In this document: piece after piece, positions 1-15,000 of the stretch
How the letters are laid out: every line of letters starts with the position of its first letter
Position numbering within the stretch: position 1 is the stretch's first letter
Assembly (NCBI GenBank): GCA_001643675.2
Contig: LSRY02000054.1
Coordinates: 248,001 to 312,000, forward strand
DNA length: 64,000 nt
Direction of reading: 5' to 3'
From: Monocercomonoides exilis PA203
Taxonomy: Eukaryota; Protista; Preaxostyla
The notes under the pieces: model-generated
The model's database searches: none
Seen by the model: the letters and a program-made list of their open reading frames with translations, nothing else
What the model was told of the DNA's origin: nothing
Translations under genes and position numbers: made by a program

Positions 1-2
1 AA

Positions 3-3000
3 ATTTCAAAGAAAATTGAGGGAAAGAAGAAAGAAAAAGAAAAAGAGAAGGAAGAAAGAGAAGGAGAAGAGGAGAAAGAGGAGAAAGAGGAGAAAGAAGA
101 GAAAGAGAAAGAGGAAGGAGAAGAAGAAGAAGAAGATTATGGAAGAGAAGGAAGAGAAGAAGAAGGAAAAAAAGATGGAGAAGGAGGAGAAGAAGAAAGA
201 GAAAGAGAAAGAGAAAGAGAAAGAGAAAGAGAAAGGGAAAGAGGAGGAGAAGAGGAAGAAGAAGAAGTTCAAATAGAAGGTTTACAACAAGAACAAGAAG
301 AAGAACAAGAGGAAATTCAAATAGAAGAAGGAGAGGGAGAAAATGAAAAAGGAGGAGAAGGAGAAGAAGAAGAAAACGAAAGAGAAGAAAGAGAAAAAGG
401 AGAAGAAGAAAGAGAAGAAGAAGGAGAAGAAGAAGTGAGTTTTGAATGGGAGTCAGAAGAAGGAAGAAAGAGAAGAGAATTGCACAAAGAAGAAAGTTTG
501 AGGAAAGATTACAATAAAATGGATAATGATGATGATGATGATGATGATGAGGAAGAGAAGGAGAAGGAGAAAGAGAAAGAGAAGGAGAAGGAAGAAGAAG
601 AAGAAATAGAAAAGGAAGGAGGAAGAGGAGAAGAAGGAGAAGGAGAAGAAGAGGGAGGAGGAGAAGAAGGAGAAGGAAACGAAAACTTGAGTGAAGAAGG
701 AAATATAAGTTCAGATTCGATAAATTCGATAGAAGAAATTAAAGAAGAAGAAAAAGAGAGAGGAGAAGAAGGAAAAGAAGAAGGAGAAGAAGAATTCAGC
801 AGGAAATATTCAATTGAACTTGGAACATCAGAAGAAATTCACATAACATCAGCATCATCTTCTTCTTCTCTTTCTTCTTCTTTTCACAAAAATAATCCCT
901 CTTCCGCCCATTTGCACATGTCAAAATCGGCCCATTCTTTCAGCAATTCCAATGGCAACATGTCAAATTCTGGCTCTTTGAACATGTCAATTTCTGCTTC
1001 TGCTTCAATTTCTCATCCTCATCCTTCTTCTTCTTCTTCTTCTTCTCTTTCTTCTTCTTCTTCTCATTCTATTTCTCCTTCTCCTTCTCCTTCCCCTTCT
1101 CCTCCTCTTTCTTCTTCACTCTCTTCTGAAGCAACAACAGAAACAGCTGTTTCAACCGCTCCTGTGACGCCTTCTTTGAATGAAGCGGAAAAGAATTCAT
1201 TTTTGGATGAGGAAGAGGAGGAAGAAGAAAAAGAAGAGGGAAAAAGAGAAAAGGAAAGAAGAGGAGAAGAAATGAAGATGAAGATGAAGGAGAAGGAGAA
1301 AGAAAAAGAAAAAGAGAAGGAAAAGAAAGAGAAAGAAGGAGAAGGAGAACAAAAAACACGTTCTTATGCTTCTTCATCTTCTTCTTCTTCTTCATCATCT
1401 TCTTCTTCTTCTTCATCTTCTTTTTCAACAACCAAACCAACAAAACCTTCAACTTCTTCTTCTTCCTCCTCCTCCTCTTCTCAAATAAGAAGCGAAACAA
1501 AAGCAGAAAGCAAAAATGACATGAAAAATGACATGAAGTTGCCTTTGCCTCTTGTAGTGATCCATCCGCCTGTTTTGATGACAAAGTCATTGGCAGAACA
1601 GCTTCAGAAGCAAAACGAAGGAAAAAATGGGAAAAGAAATGAAAATTGGAATGAAAAATGGAATGAAAAAGGGAATAGAATGAGAAAAGATGGAAGAAAA
1701 GAAGGAAATATTGAGATAAATAGAGAAAAAATGGATGGGAATAAAGAAACAGATTTAAATTTATCTTCTTCTAATTCTTCTTCTTCTTCTTCTTCTTCTT
1801 CTCAATTTAATTCAAATCAGATAAATGTTGTCAAAACAAGAGAATTTTTGCCTTCTTCTTCTTCTTCTTCCAATCAAAATAATGATATTTCATCATCATC
1901 ATCATCATCTTCTTCTTCTTCTTCGTCACCTTTTCTTCAGTCAAAATCTTCTCCTTACTTCCCACTCCATTCAGAAGACAATACAACTTCATCATCATCA
2001 TCATCATCATCATCTTCTTCTTCTTCTTCTTCTTCTTTTTCTTCTCCCTCTCAACACATTCCTATTTATTCTTCTTCTTCCTCTTCGTCATCATCCTCTT
2101 CTTCTTCTCCCTCAAATTCTTCACCTTCTCCTTCTTCTTCTTTCCTTCTTTCTCCTCCTCCCCCTCCTGCCACTCGCATCCCAAAAGAACTTCTTATTTT
2201 GTCCCATCGAATGCTTCATAATCTTCACCCTTCAAAAAAATCAACAGAAAATTCAATTGAAACTTCAGGTTTTCATTCTAATTCGACTCAAGGGATAAAT
2301 TCTTCTTCATCATCATCTTCTTCTTCTTCCTCCTCTTTCTCTTCTTCTTCTTCTTCTTCTTCTTCTCCTTCTTCCATTTCCTTCCTTTCTATGATTCCCA
2401 ACCAAAAGGACATGGACAATGCTATAAATTCTACTTTCTCTATTCACGATGTTTTGCCGGCAGATGCTTCCCACAATTTAACTTCTGTCATTTTTGCCTT
2501 CGTGCGTGTTTTACTTAATCCTTATTTAGGCGACTCAGACGTGTTCTTATCTGCCTATATAATCTACTCTTTGCTCATACGCAGCGGCGTGGCTTCAATG
2601 ACGCCTTTGTTCTTTTCTCGCACAAAGCCAATGGCTCTCTTTCCTCACCCACCAAATTTGCTTCCGCTTATTTTTGCTCCGAATAATAAAAGAAGAATTA
2701 GAAGAAGAAGAATGGGAGGAGGAGGAGGTTATACAGAGCCAGTGAATTCAATGGGTTATTATAATTCTTCTTCTGCTTCTTTGTTTCACCAGCCTTATTT
2801 ACCTATTTCTCCGAACAGCTCAAATCTCTGTTCAATTCCAATTTCTCCGAGATTCAATGAATTTTCAATGAAAAATGCTTCTTTGAATCAAAAAGATAAA
2901 AACAAACAAACAGAAAACAAACAAGAAAATGAGAAGGAAAAAGGAGAAAAAGAAAAAGAAAGAGAATCAAAACTCAAACAAGAAATGGAAAAACTCAGAG

Positions 3001-6000
3001 AAAAAAGATGGAAAGAAGAAAGATTAGACGAAGTTTTTGGTTATTCTTCTATGCCCTTTGACAATCTTTGGATTGAATCTCCTCTTTTCATCTCGATTTT
3101 GCCTTCTTTTTGCTCTCTTTTGCTTCCCAAACAGAAAAATTTCCCTCCAAAAATTGTGGATTTTGAGAATAATAAGGCATTTTCTTCAAATAATTCATCA
3201 TCTTCTTCCTCTTCCTCTTCCTCTTCCTCTTCCTCTTCTTCTTCCTCTTCAAATTCTTCATTTTCTTCTTCTTTTTTCTTTTCTCCTCTCACCCGCACCC
3301 CTCCCACTCACATCGTCAAACCAATTTCTTTCGATTCTTTTCCTTCTCCTTTCGATTGTTTTGTTAGAAATTCTTCATATTCCTCCTCCTCCTCTTCTTC
3401 TTCAAAAGATGTAATTTCTATTGCTCTTTCTATTCTTTCTAAACAGTCTTCTAAATTAAATACTCAAAATACTGTTAATTCTTCCAATTCTTCTTCTTCA
3501 TCTTCCTCTTCCTCTTCTTCATCAACATCACCTTCTTCTCTTTCTTCCTCACCTTCTCCTTCTTCTCCTCATTCTCACCTTTCTCATCTTTCTCATCTTT
3601 CTTCTTCTTCTCCATCAAATCCTTCTTCTTCCTCCTCTTCATCTTCCTCTCTTTTCCCTTTCTCCACAATTCATCCTCCCATTTTATTCCCTTCTCCACC
3701 CATCCCAACATGGCTCGCCGTCCGCTGGGGTGTGTGCCGGTGGCTACCTATTTTGGAATGCGTGCCATTAATTTTGTCTCTTTCACATTCCTGCGTCATC
3801 CGGGCCTGCTCTATTCGTGTGCCGTCGCTTCCGCACTCAGTGAATATTCCATCTTTGACTGTAGATGAAATGATGGAAGAAATTGGGACGTTTGAGGAAG
3901 AGCTGGCAGGATTTGCGAGGGAATTAGAGGGGAATAATAATAATTATAATTCTTCTTCCTCCTCCTCATCGTCCTCCTCCTCATCATCATCGTCATCGAC
4001 TTCTTCTTCATTATTTTCTCTTCATTCTAATTCAGATGGAGAAGATATTCATTTCAAAACCAACAACAACAACAACAATGATTTCATGTCAAACACGTCA
4101 AACATGTCAAACATTTCACAAGTTCCTCTTTCACCTCAATCAAATCTTTCATACGAACCTTTCGCCTCAAACAACATTTCAAACAACATTTCAAACAACA
4201 CTTCATCATCTTCTTCGAACACGTCAAATTCATCATCATCTTCTTCTTCTTCCTATATTCATGCCAACAACTCTAATGCTTCTTATACCACCACATCCAC
4301 ATCATCTCTTCCTCTTTCTGTTTCTCTCTCGCGCCTTTCCTCCTCCTCTGCATCTCCTTCCTCCTTCCCTTCCTCCTCTTTCCCTTCTCCTCTCTCTTTC
4401 CCTTTCTCCTTCTCCTCTTCTTCTCGTTCCTCTCTCCTTCGCAACATTCTGCTTCTTTTCTCTATCAACTGGTTTGACACCGCCCGCTCATATTTAACAG
4501 CATTGCGAGGCCTTTCTCATCTTCTGCGCTGTTTTGGATGTTGCTCAAGAGCACTTTATTCCTCAATCATTGGATCATTCTGGAATGGGACGTTTCGCCC
4601 CCAGTGGGCGTATCAGGGGAGAGGAGGAGGAGGAGGAAATGAAGATGGAGAAAGAGAAGAAGGAGAAAGTGTGAATGAAAATTCTGATTCTTCTTCATCT
4701 GCTTCTGCATCTTCTCCTTCTTCTCCATTGCAATCTCAGAACAGAAGGAAACCAACATCGTCAATTGCTTCAAATGCTGCTTTGTTTTCTTCTTCCACAG
4801 CGAGAATGAATCAAACTTTCATTCAAACAAGAAAAACAGAAAGTGGGGGTAGTTTTGTTGCAGGAAAAGAGTATTATTATAACAGTGGTATGAATGGTGG
4901 TATGAGTAATTATAATAATAATAGTAATAGTTCTGGTAGTAATAATAGTAATACAAATAAAAGTGGTAGTAATAAAAGTGTTAACAGTAATAAAAGTAAC
5001 ATTAGCAACAATGGTATAAATAGCAAAAACAATAAAAACAATAATAACACATCAAATTTGTTTGAAGAAGATGTTTGGCTAAATGAACTTGTGAAAATTG
5101 CTGCTCCATTTTATGCAACATTCTTTCAGTGTCCAGATGAAGTGCAAGTGAACCAGAAATCGTATCGCTCTTCTTCGTTCTCTTTGGAACACCCTTCGGC
5201 AATTTTTGAGTTGAATGTTCCAAACATTTTTGCTTCTTCTATTCCTTCTTCTTTTGCTTCTTCAAATTCTTCTTCATCATCTTCCTCCTCCTCTCCTCCT
5301 CCTTCGAATTTTGCTCTAAACCAAAATAATTACTCATCATCAGCAAAACTTCCCACTTCATCATCTTCTTCTCCATTTCACGATCAAACAACAACAACTA
5401 CACCTTCTTCTCCTCTTCCTTCTCTTCCTTCCACATCGCCCTTTCTTTCACTTCCATCTCAATATCAATCCCTTCTTTCTTTCTCACGTGAATGCCCAAT
5501 TCTCAACCAAACATTGCACCCAACTTGCTTTCTCCGTTGGCATCACATTCTTTCCTTTGCTTTTCCTTTCCTTTCCTTTTGTCCAAACTGTGCGATTCTT
5601 CCTCGTAATACTCCCACGCATATCCTCTTTGCAGCAAGAATCACTCACAGGAAGATGATGAGAGAGGCAGAAATGATTGCGAATGGTGGATCATTAGCAC
5701 GTTCTTCACTCGTTTCATCTCCACCTTTTCCACCTCTTTATCCTCTTCCTCATCCTTCTCTTTCATCTCTTCCAATTCATCAGTCACATCCTGCCACTTC
5801 TTCATCTTCCACTTCATCTTCAACAACAACAGACATTTCACATTCTTCTTCCACTTCCTCTTCTCCTTCATTCATACACCCAACCTCATCTCACACCCTC
5901 CCTCTCCTTTCTGTCCCAACAGAACGAGAACTTGTGAAAATTTACTCCGAACTTGTTGGAGAAATACAAAAAGCGGCAATTGATTGCATGAATGCTGTTA

Positions 6001-9000
6001 TCGAGTCTGTCGAGTCAGTTGGCCAATCAGCGTCGCTTTCATCTGTTTCTCGCAATTTGTTTATGAAGTCTGTTATTTCTCACACACCAATAGCAGATAA
6101 CTCTTCGTCGTCATCATCTTCATCATCATCAACAACGTCATCATCTTCTTCTTCCTCCTCCACCTCCAATTCTTCTTTTTCTTATCCACACACTTCATCA
6201 TTCTCTTCCACATCTGGTTCCTTTTCATATCCAATGCATCATTCTCCTTCATATTCTCATGCTCTTTCACACACTCAATTCGACAACTTTCGTCCAACTT
6301 ATTCTCAGCAAACATTTTCTTCCCCACAAAATCCTTCTCCTTCCTCTTTCGTGTTCCCTCTTTCTTCTCATCGTCTGTCAAGCGCATTTTCATCAACATC
6401 ATCCTCTTCTTCTTCACGTCCATCCTCCTCTTCCTCCCCTCTTTCATCCTTCCTCTCCTCCTTCTTTTCCTCTTCATCTTCTTCTCTCCACCGCATCCTC
6501 TCCTCCAACCCCCTAAACTTCCTCCAACACATAACCCGTGAGCTTCTCCCTTGTTTGGGTTCGATTTTATTTGGAGGAAGTGAGCGATGGGGCTGCTTGC
6601 CTTTATCTGAAGAGCTCTTTTGTGTTATTCACGGTGTTGGCAACTGCTCTTGTGTGAGAGAATGGAAGTCTCCAATGAAGAGAGGAGTGGATGCGATGAA
6701 GTCATTGGGATCTGCTGGATCAGTGGATAGTATCTATTTGTATGAAGGAGCGAATAATGTAGGTGTGAATGCGAATCAGATGAATAAAGGAGGAGGAAGT
6801 TATGGAATAAATGGAAGAGGAAGAGGAGAGGAAGAAGGAGAGGAAATGAGCGGAAATTCATTTGCTTTTCAGCAAAATTCGTCTTCTTTGTTGGCGTTGC
6901 CTTCGATTCGAGGCAAACACAACTCATCTTTGGCGAATCAGCTGAGCAAACAGAATGTTTCATCTTCATCAGCATCATTGCCTTCTTCCTCTTCATCCTC
7001 CTCTTCTTCTCCTGTCTCTTCAAGAATACGTCTTCCAACTGTTCCTTCCATCCCTGATTTGAACTCAATGTATTCGGCAGATGGCTTTCCTATCAGTGAA
7101 ATTGATTCCAATGAAAATGCTGATAATACAAAAGAAATACCTATTTCTTCAAATTCTTCATCTAATTCATCTCCTCCCCAACAAACTCCTCTTGTTCTTC
7201 CCCCTTCCTTCATGCAACCTTCACCTTCAGATAACACAAATAGTCAACAACTTAATCCTTCTTCTTCCTCCTCCTCTTCTTCTCTCATGCCTCCAATGCC
7301 CCCTTCTTCTTCCTCTTCTTCTGCCTCTTCCTCTATCCCTGATTCAAAACGACTTCGCTCCCACATCCTTGCCAAAACCTATCGAAACATGCGTCTCCAC
7401 ATCCACTTAATCCAATCCACTCCTCCAATTCCTGTTCTTCCCAATCCAGTTGTGAAGGGTCTCCTTCACACAACTTCTTCTGTTATTCTCTCCTTTTTGA
7501 GTTGGGTTTTGTTTCCGGCTATCCAGCCAATGTATGAGAATGTGGACTTGCTGTTTGCGGGGGAGACGAGGGGAGCATGGGAGAAGAACAATAAGGCGAT
7601 GGATGAGGCGGAGAGGATGAAAAAGGAGAAGGAGAAAGGAGAAGAGAAAGGAGCAGAGAAGGAGAAAGTGAAAGGAAAGAAAGAGAAGGAGAGCGGAAGG
7701 AAAGAAACAAAACAAAACAAACAAACTACACAATCTCAATCTGCTTCCTCTCCTTCTCCTGCTCCTGTTCCTTCTCCTTATTCCTATCCCTTTGATCCAT
7801 ATCAGCCTCCTGATTGGTATTCTTGTGGAAGGGCCAGTTCTCTTCCTCATCTTCCTTTTGTCCATTCACTGATGCAAACCTCACGAGACGCCACAAACAA
7901 GATCTTGAATCAATTTCTGAATGAAATAAATGAACATTCACCTCGTTCTCCTGTTTTCACTCATGCAAACGGTTCTTCTTCTTCTCAAACTTCTTCTCAG
8001 ACTTCTTCTGCTTCTCCTTCTCGTCTCTCTTTCCCTTCTCGTTTGCATGAATTGGACACAACAACCACCCTTTCCATTGTCTCTCTAATGAACAGTGAAT
8101 TTTTCAACTACAATTTAGTTAGCCTTGCCAGAAGAGGGAAAACTGGCAACAACGAAAACAGATCAGCAAGAAATGTTGGAAATGTTAGAAGAACAAAATA
8201 TATTTCATCATCATCATCTTCTTCTTCTTCTTCTTCTTCATCAACGTTGCTTCCTTCATCATCATCTTCTTCTGCTTCATCTTCATCTTCTTCCTCAGCC
8301 TTGCCTTCTTCCTCATCTTCATCTTACACTTCCTCTTCTTCTTCTTCTTCTTCTCTCTCTCCTCGCAATCGAGATCCCTCATCTCTTGCATCAACTATGT
8401 CTTCCTTTGCATCAAATAACGTTCATCAACATCCTCAAAGCAATAGCATTAGTAACAGTAATAATAACATCCAAAGCAATGCCAATTCCACAGAAGAAGA
8501 TTACGAATCCCCAGAAGAAGACTATCCATATCTCCCCCACGTTGTCTCCTTCATCATTGAATGCTTCTGTCACTTTGTGTTTTTTGTGTTTGAAACAAAT
8601 ACTTCCTCTCCAGCATTCACTTGCCGTCACGGCATGCTTGTTTCTATCTGTCGTATTCTTCTGTGGGTGCTGAGGATGTCTGATGCCCACCACATCCAAC
8701 TCCACATCGATGGCGCTGATATGCTCAGTACAAGCGATGTAAGGCTGGTTGATCTAGTGGCTGCTTTGTTGTTGACACCTCTTTCAACAGCAATCAGCAG
8801 AAGGGAAAAGATGATCGGGATGCTGTCAAAGCAGATGCTGTCATATTATCTTGCAGACACCACTGCTGATTCATCGAATGTGTCTGAGCAGGCGATGACA
8901 TTGGCTGCTGTTTCTGCTTCTTCTACTACTACTACTTCTTCAAGCTCATCATCATCTGCTTCTTTGTCTTCCTCTTCCACAATATCTAACTTTTCGGGGC

Positions 9001-12000
9001 AGCACTATCAGACATCTCATGGAAGCTCTGCATTTTTAGCTCCTTCTTTTGGTTCCAATCGTCAACAACAAATGAATTCGTATCTTGGCAGAGAATCAGG
9101 AATTGGAAGAGCACAACGCGATCAGCTTGTTTATGAAACACAGAGAGCAAAAAGCACTTATTCCATTGACAATCCAACAGAAATGCTGAGCAATCGATAC
9201 ATTTTCAACAATAGCAGTTCAAATAACATTAATAACAATTATGATATACTGAACAGCCCTCTCCTCTCTCTCATTGCGGGGCTGATTGACTTGGAGCTCG
9301 AATGCCTATCTGTCTGCCCATACATCAACAAACGCAACGGCAACGTGCATCTTCTTGAAGGAGGACAATGCTTCATTCCCGACCAGACAAACGAGCTGAA
9401 TCTGAGAGAGATGCTGCCAGACAGTTCAATACGAAACAGGAAGAATATCTTTGGTGTGATGAACGTGGAACATCATATCGTGTTGCTTATTGGACTCTAT
9501 GGAGTGCTAACTGAAGTGGCTGTTAGTGGGGCACAGACAACTTATTTGCTCAGTGAGACAGTCGATGAACACGAAAGATTCTCAGCAAAGCCGCCTTTGC
9601 TTGCGGAAGGAACTGTGTCATCTTCCTCTTCCTCCTCTTCATCTTCACCTTCCTCCTCCTCTTCAAAAAACAAAAAACGCATTCATTCACCTGCTCTCAT
9701 TAGACTTCGCTTTGCCATGCTTCGAATGTCCATCAATTGCAATCTGTTTGAACCAGTCATTCCATTCACTCCCTCTCCTTTTCAATCAAACGATCCATAT
9801 TCTTTAGAATACGGTTCTTATTCTTACTCTTCCTCTTCTCATCCATCATTATCATCATCTGCTGCTGTTGATAATGAATTCTCTAATTCTTCTCTTTCTC
9901 ACATTCCCAGCACAAGAGACTTTGACAAGCTAGGATTGCTATTCACACCTCGACAACAGCAAGCAAATGATGCATTCATTCAAACAGCAACATCAGCAAC
10001 ATCCGCTTACAACTTCACAGAAGAAAGCAGACAACAACAGCAATTACTTATGAAAGGGAATGCTGATAATGCATCTCGGCTGGACTTGAAGCGCCCATCC
10101 CCTTTGCTTCATGTGTCACGACCTGGCGAAGAGGATCAGATGGGAATTAATTTAAAAGGAGGAAAAACTGGGAATACCTCAAGTTCCTCAAGTTCTTCAA
10201 ATACTGCTTCATTTGCTTCTGCTTCTCCTGCTTCAGTTGCTTCTAACAAGCTGTTTCTAACCGATCCATCATCATCCGCACAGCAGCACTGGAGAGACAT
10301 ATTGTCAGAGCAAGTGCGTTTGTCCGTCTTTTCGCTATCTGCACACATGCTGCGCCTGTCCACCATCCTCTCAATGGGTATCTCCAGCGACTATCCGCAC
10401 TCTCCCCTTGTGTCTGCCTTCATCTGCATGTACAACACTTCGATGATTGTCAACGACCCACTCCAAACAATTGGCACATTTGTTAGAAACCACAACCCGT
10501 GGACAACCAGACAGACACTGTCGATCTACACAGAAGATTACAGAAGAGTGCGTGTTGTACCAACACTGTTTGAGATGTATTATGAGAATATTGGAGGTAG
10601 GCACGGAGAAGGCTGGCTAAAGTTTGCACTGCAGATGCCATGGGAGCATCTGGATGTATCTTCTCAGAAAGAGCTCAGGAGGAAACTGAGCCCAAGGACG
10701 ATGTTTGCTCAAGGAGGAACGGGGAGAGACAGAATATTTGAGCAGATGGACAACGTGGAAGAGGTGGATGAAAGGAGCAAGCACCAATTCCAGGCGGTTT
10801 ATCGGTGGGGCCTACCATTTCCTGTGAATCTGGCGAAGACGAGAAAGAGGATCGAGAACAGAAACGCACTTGGCTCATCGAAAGCAGGATATTCAAGCGG
10901 TTCATCGTCATCAACAGCTCATCTGGATGCAACTGATGCTTTTCAAGGAGCTTTGATGACGAAAGAACAGCGCGGCCAGACGCAACAAATGAACTATTTC
11001 ATCGAAAAATCTCAGTTTTTGGCTTCTTCTTCACAACTTCTTAAAAAGCCGGAAAGCAGCAAAAGCGTCCTGCCACAGGCAAGAAACAGTGTTATTAGCA
11101 TCTTCAATGATAAAACTGTTTTTAACACGTCAAAAGAGAAATTTGCAACAGTTGTATCTCAACAACCTACAAAACAGATTCAACAACAAAATAAACAGCC
11201 ATTATTCTCATCACATGAGTGCATCTTGCCGCACTGGGATCAGATCAGCTCATCGCTTTCTGGACATCTCTTCCGCCATCACCAGAACACATTGTCAGCT
11301 TTGCTGTGCAGCTTTTTTGCATTTGCAGAGGCTATGTGCTATTCGAATGGAGATGGCATCAATGAAGAAGAAAATGACGATGAAGTTAATGACGAAGCAT
11401 TTGATGGAGTCAATGAAAGATTGATCACAAATTCGCGTGGATTTGCTTCTCAATCTGCAACATCAGTGAAACTTAACTCTTCTTCGGCTTCTTCAAGCAA
11501 AGATCAAAACATCAGCAGCGCAATTGAGTCTTCACCTGAAACAGCAGTTCCTGTTGTCCCGCGGCATTACTTTGCATTGGCCAACATTAACAATTATGAC
11601 AGAATGGAAAATAAGTTCTGCAATTGGTGGAATCGCTCAGTGACGCGTTTGATGCACCCATCAAACGGTGTGATTGGGTCAAAGGAATACAGCTGTCTTC
11701 CAGTCACTCGACCGTTTAACATCGCATCAAGTCCTTTTGGAACTTCAAATCAGGAAAAATTACACTTGCAACAGCAACAACAACAGAAAGAAGTCGGAAT
11801 CAAAGGAGATAGAATGAAAAAAAGTGAAGATTCAAGAAATGGAAGCAATAGAGGTAGAGATACTTCAGCTGCAAATGCAAAAAGAGATAGCAGACTTATT
11901 TGGAGTGGAGTCATGTCCAGTTTACCTGTTCTTCCGATCTGGACAGTTTGCGGGAACATGTTTCCAATCAGGCATACAAATGGGTCAAAGAATGGAGTAC

Positions 12001-15000
12001 TTTATGGTTCTTCTTCATCATCATCCACATCCTCTTCCTCTTCCTCTTCGTCATCTTCTTCCTCTGTTGTTTTCAATCCTCGTGCAATTCGAGTCTCACA
12101 GGCCGATCTGCTCTCCACATTTATGTATCTCTCTCATACTCATTCGCTAACAACACAACTCAACAATGAATTGGAGGAGATTGTGAACTCCTCATCCAGT
12201 GCTGGTTTGAATCAGTCAACAGTCAGTTTTCTTTCCAATGTTCCATTCTTTTTCTCGTTCCCTTTTATTCACTCCTCCACTTATCTCCAAAAAGTTGTAT
12301 CAACATCATCATCGTCTTTTTCTTCCTCTGCAACTTCCAATTATTCATCAAAAAGATTTCGCGGAATGGATTCGGAAAAAGAGAGTAGAGGCGAGCGTTT
12401 CATGTATGAACGTAGCGATCTTAAAGAAGATGCGTATTTTGCTCATCCTCTTTCACCTCCTCCACTTTCTCCGAAATCAGACTCTAATGCATCGTTTGGG
12501 CAGGCGAAAGGGGAATGGTGGATACCAAACAAGGAAAATAACGCAGAAAAGCAGCGCAAGCTTTACTTGCTACAAGGGCCTCCAAACAAAAAGCTGTATC
12601 CACATTTTGTCTCATCTCTTTCATCGGTCCACAGCAACACTCCAGTGTTTCGCATTGTATCTTCGCTTGATTTTGGAAGAGGAAGAGATGCATTTACCAA
12701 TGAGCTTAGTATCCGGGGCAGTGGTGCAGGAGCTGCAGGAGGATATGGCAAAGAGCTTTTGATTGGAGTTGGAAGCAAACCTTTCTCGCTAACTTTGGAG
12801 CATCCAATGAGTTTTCCATCATTCCATTCATCATCCTCATCTTCTTCGAATTTGAATAGTTACTCTTCTTCTTCCACTGCTCGAATGCTTTCGAGTTCGA
12901 GGTTCAATCACAGAATGAGCACTCAATCTTCCATGGATGCTTTTCCATATCCGGACATTTTGAGCGATAACGGAAATGGAATATGGCTTGTGGACTTGCT
13001 GGTCTGGCTCTCATATGCTATTTCATCACCACCTCCGTTAAGTTATGGATTTGGAGGAGGAATCATTCCTCTTTCGATGCCGAACTGCATCTCTGCTGGT
13101 TTGGCACATTCACCTGTGGAATATGCACTTTCTTTTCTGTCTCGCGTAACAAAAGAAGTTCTTTCAGATCTCCAAAACGATTGCATTGCGAAAGGATCCA
13201 ATCAAAGCAGTATGATGACAGTTGCGCAGAAGATGAAGGAATTAAAGAGATCGAATGAAAGAGGGATGATGGCAGACTATGCAAAGACAATGAGTTCTGC
13301 AGGAGTTGATGGAATGGGAAGTTTGAAAGGAGGAAGAAGTTCGTTGAATTTTATGAATGAAGATGTTGATACATTGTCAACACCATCAAGTGAGTGGATG
13401 ATGGCAGACGGTTCTTATTCAGATGTTGTGTCCAGATATAGCAGACTCACCATTAATTCTTCAAGATCCAATTTTGGGAGAGTTGCATTGAGAGATGGAA
13501 GGGAGGGATATTCAAACAGGATGAGAGCCATTGTTCAAAATAGAATGGGTGGAGCAGATGGAAAACATTTAGGATTGGGAATCTTTTCATATGCATCAAA
13601 TGAAGATCATAACGAATGTTTCTATTTGTATCAGAATCGCTCTGGTGTGGCTCATTCCACTGGAAATGTGAACGTGATGAGCTCGTCAAACATGATTTTT
13701 GATCTGATTGGCAGTCACTTTCAGCTGAATCCATCAATCTCAATGTGCACGCAATCAGGTGCGGCAACATCGGACCGACCTTCTTCTCCACTTTCTGCTT
13801 TTGCATCTCAGAAGCAAATTCAAGAAAAGGATTTCACATCTGCCCAAAGAGGCATGCTATCATTCATTTCCTCTGCTTCATCCGATGAACCGCTAGCTGA
13901 GCGCCCGCACGTTTTGTGTGTTGCGTCTCCTTCGCAATTCGCAGCTATTCCTCTTTTACAGTTGCATATTGGTTTTTTCAACATGGTTCTGTTTGTGTTC
14001 ATCCTGAATGGAGTTTCGCTTTGGGATGCTCTTTTGTGCATAATTGATCCTTCTGTGTATTGTGTGGCTCCTTCTCCGCTTTCGTTTTCTGTTCGTCCTC
14101 CTCTTTGCTCATCTCCACCATCTTCAAACAGAAAGATACAACAATTTTCTGTTTCAATGATGACAGATCTGCACAAATTAAGTGAAGATTCCTTTGCTTC
14201 TTTACCAATCCCACCACAAATCAGCGAACATATAAGTGAAGCACTTGGAAACAATATCAGAGTGAAAAAGAGAGAACAGGAAATCTCCAATGAACATTAT
14301 GCAAGTATTGTACGATCAGAAAGATACGTTGGAGAGCATTCTCGTCCTCGGCCTTCCACAGCAAAGCCAATAGCTGCAAATTCAAATTATTTCAATCAAA
14401 TTGTGCAATTCTCCTTCAGAAGTGTGCCCACATCTGCAAGTGCTGAAATATTCTCATTCCTGCCTGCTATTGGTGAATCCCGTTTTGAGATTCTTACAAT
14501 CCGTTCGCTCTTTTCTATTGTGCAAATTATGGAACAGATCCTTGAGGTTGCAACTGTTCTCTCTCGAATCACTGTTGAGTGGGATGGAAAAACACTTTGG
14601 AATAGAACAGGTTCTTCGATTAATAAGAAAAAATCTCAGATATCAGATTCCAATTCATCTGAGTACGATGAAAGTTCAAATTCTTCTCCAATTTCAGGAA
14701 ATTCTTCTGCGCTTCCAACTATCCATCCTCCTGTATCACCAAAATCTCCTCTTTCTGTTTCTCTCGTCTCTTCCACGAACGAAACATCTGCAACAACGAA
14801 ATCTCGTCAAATCAGATTTAATATCTTGCAGGCTGTTCGGTCGAGGAGCATCTGTCTAAAAGTGAGTGATCCATTTTGGCCTTCTGCAGTATCTTATTTA
14901 ATACACGCCAATGGCCATACCATCCATCTTCTAACAAATCTGCTACGCAATTCTTTTTCTGATGATATATCGATGTGGCGATGCTCTCGTGATGTTGTTG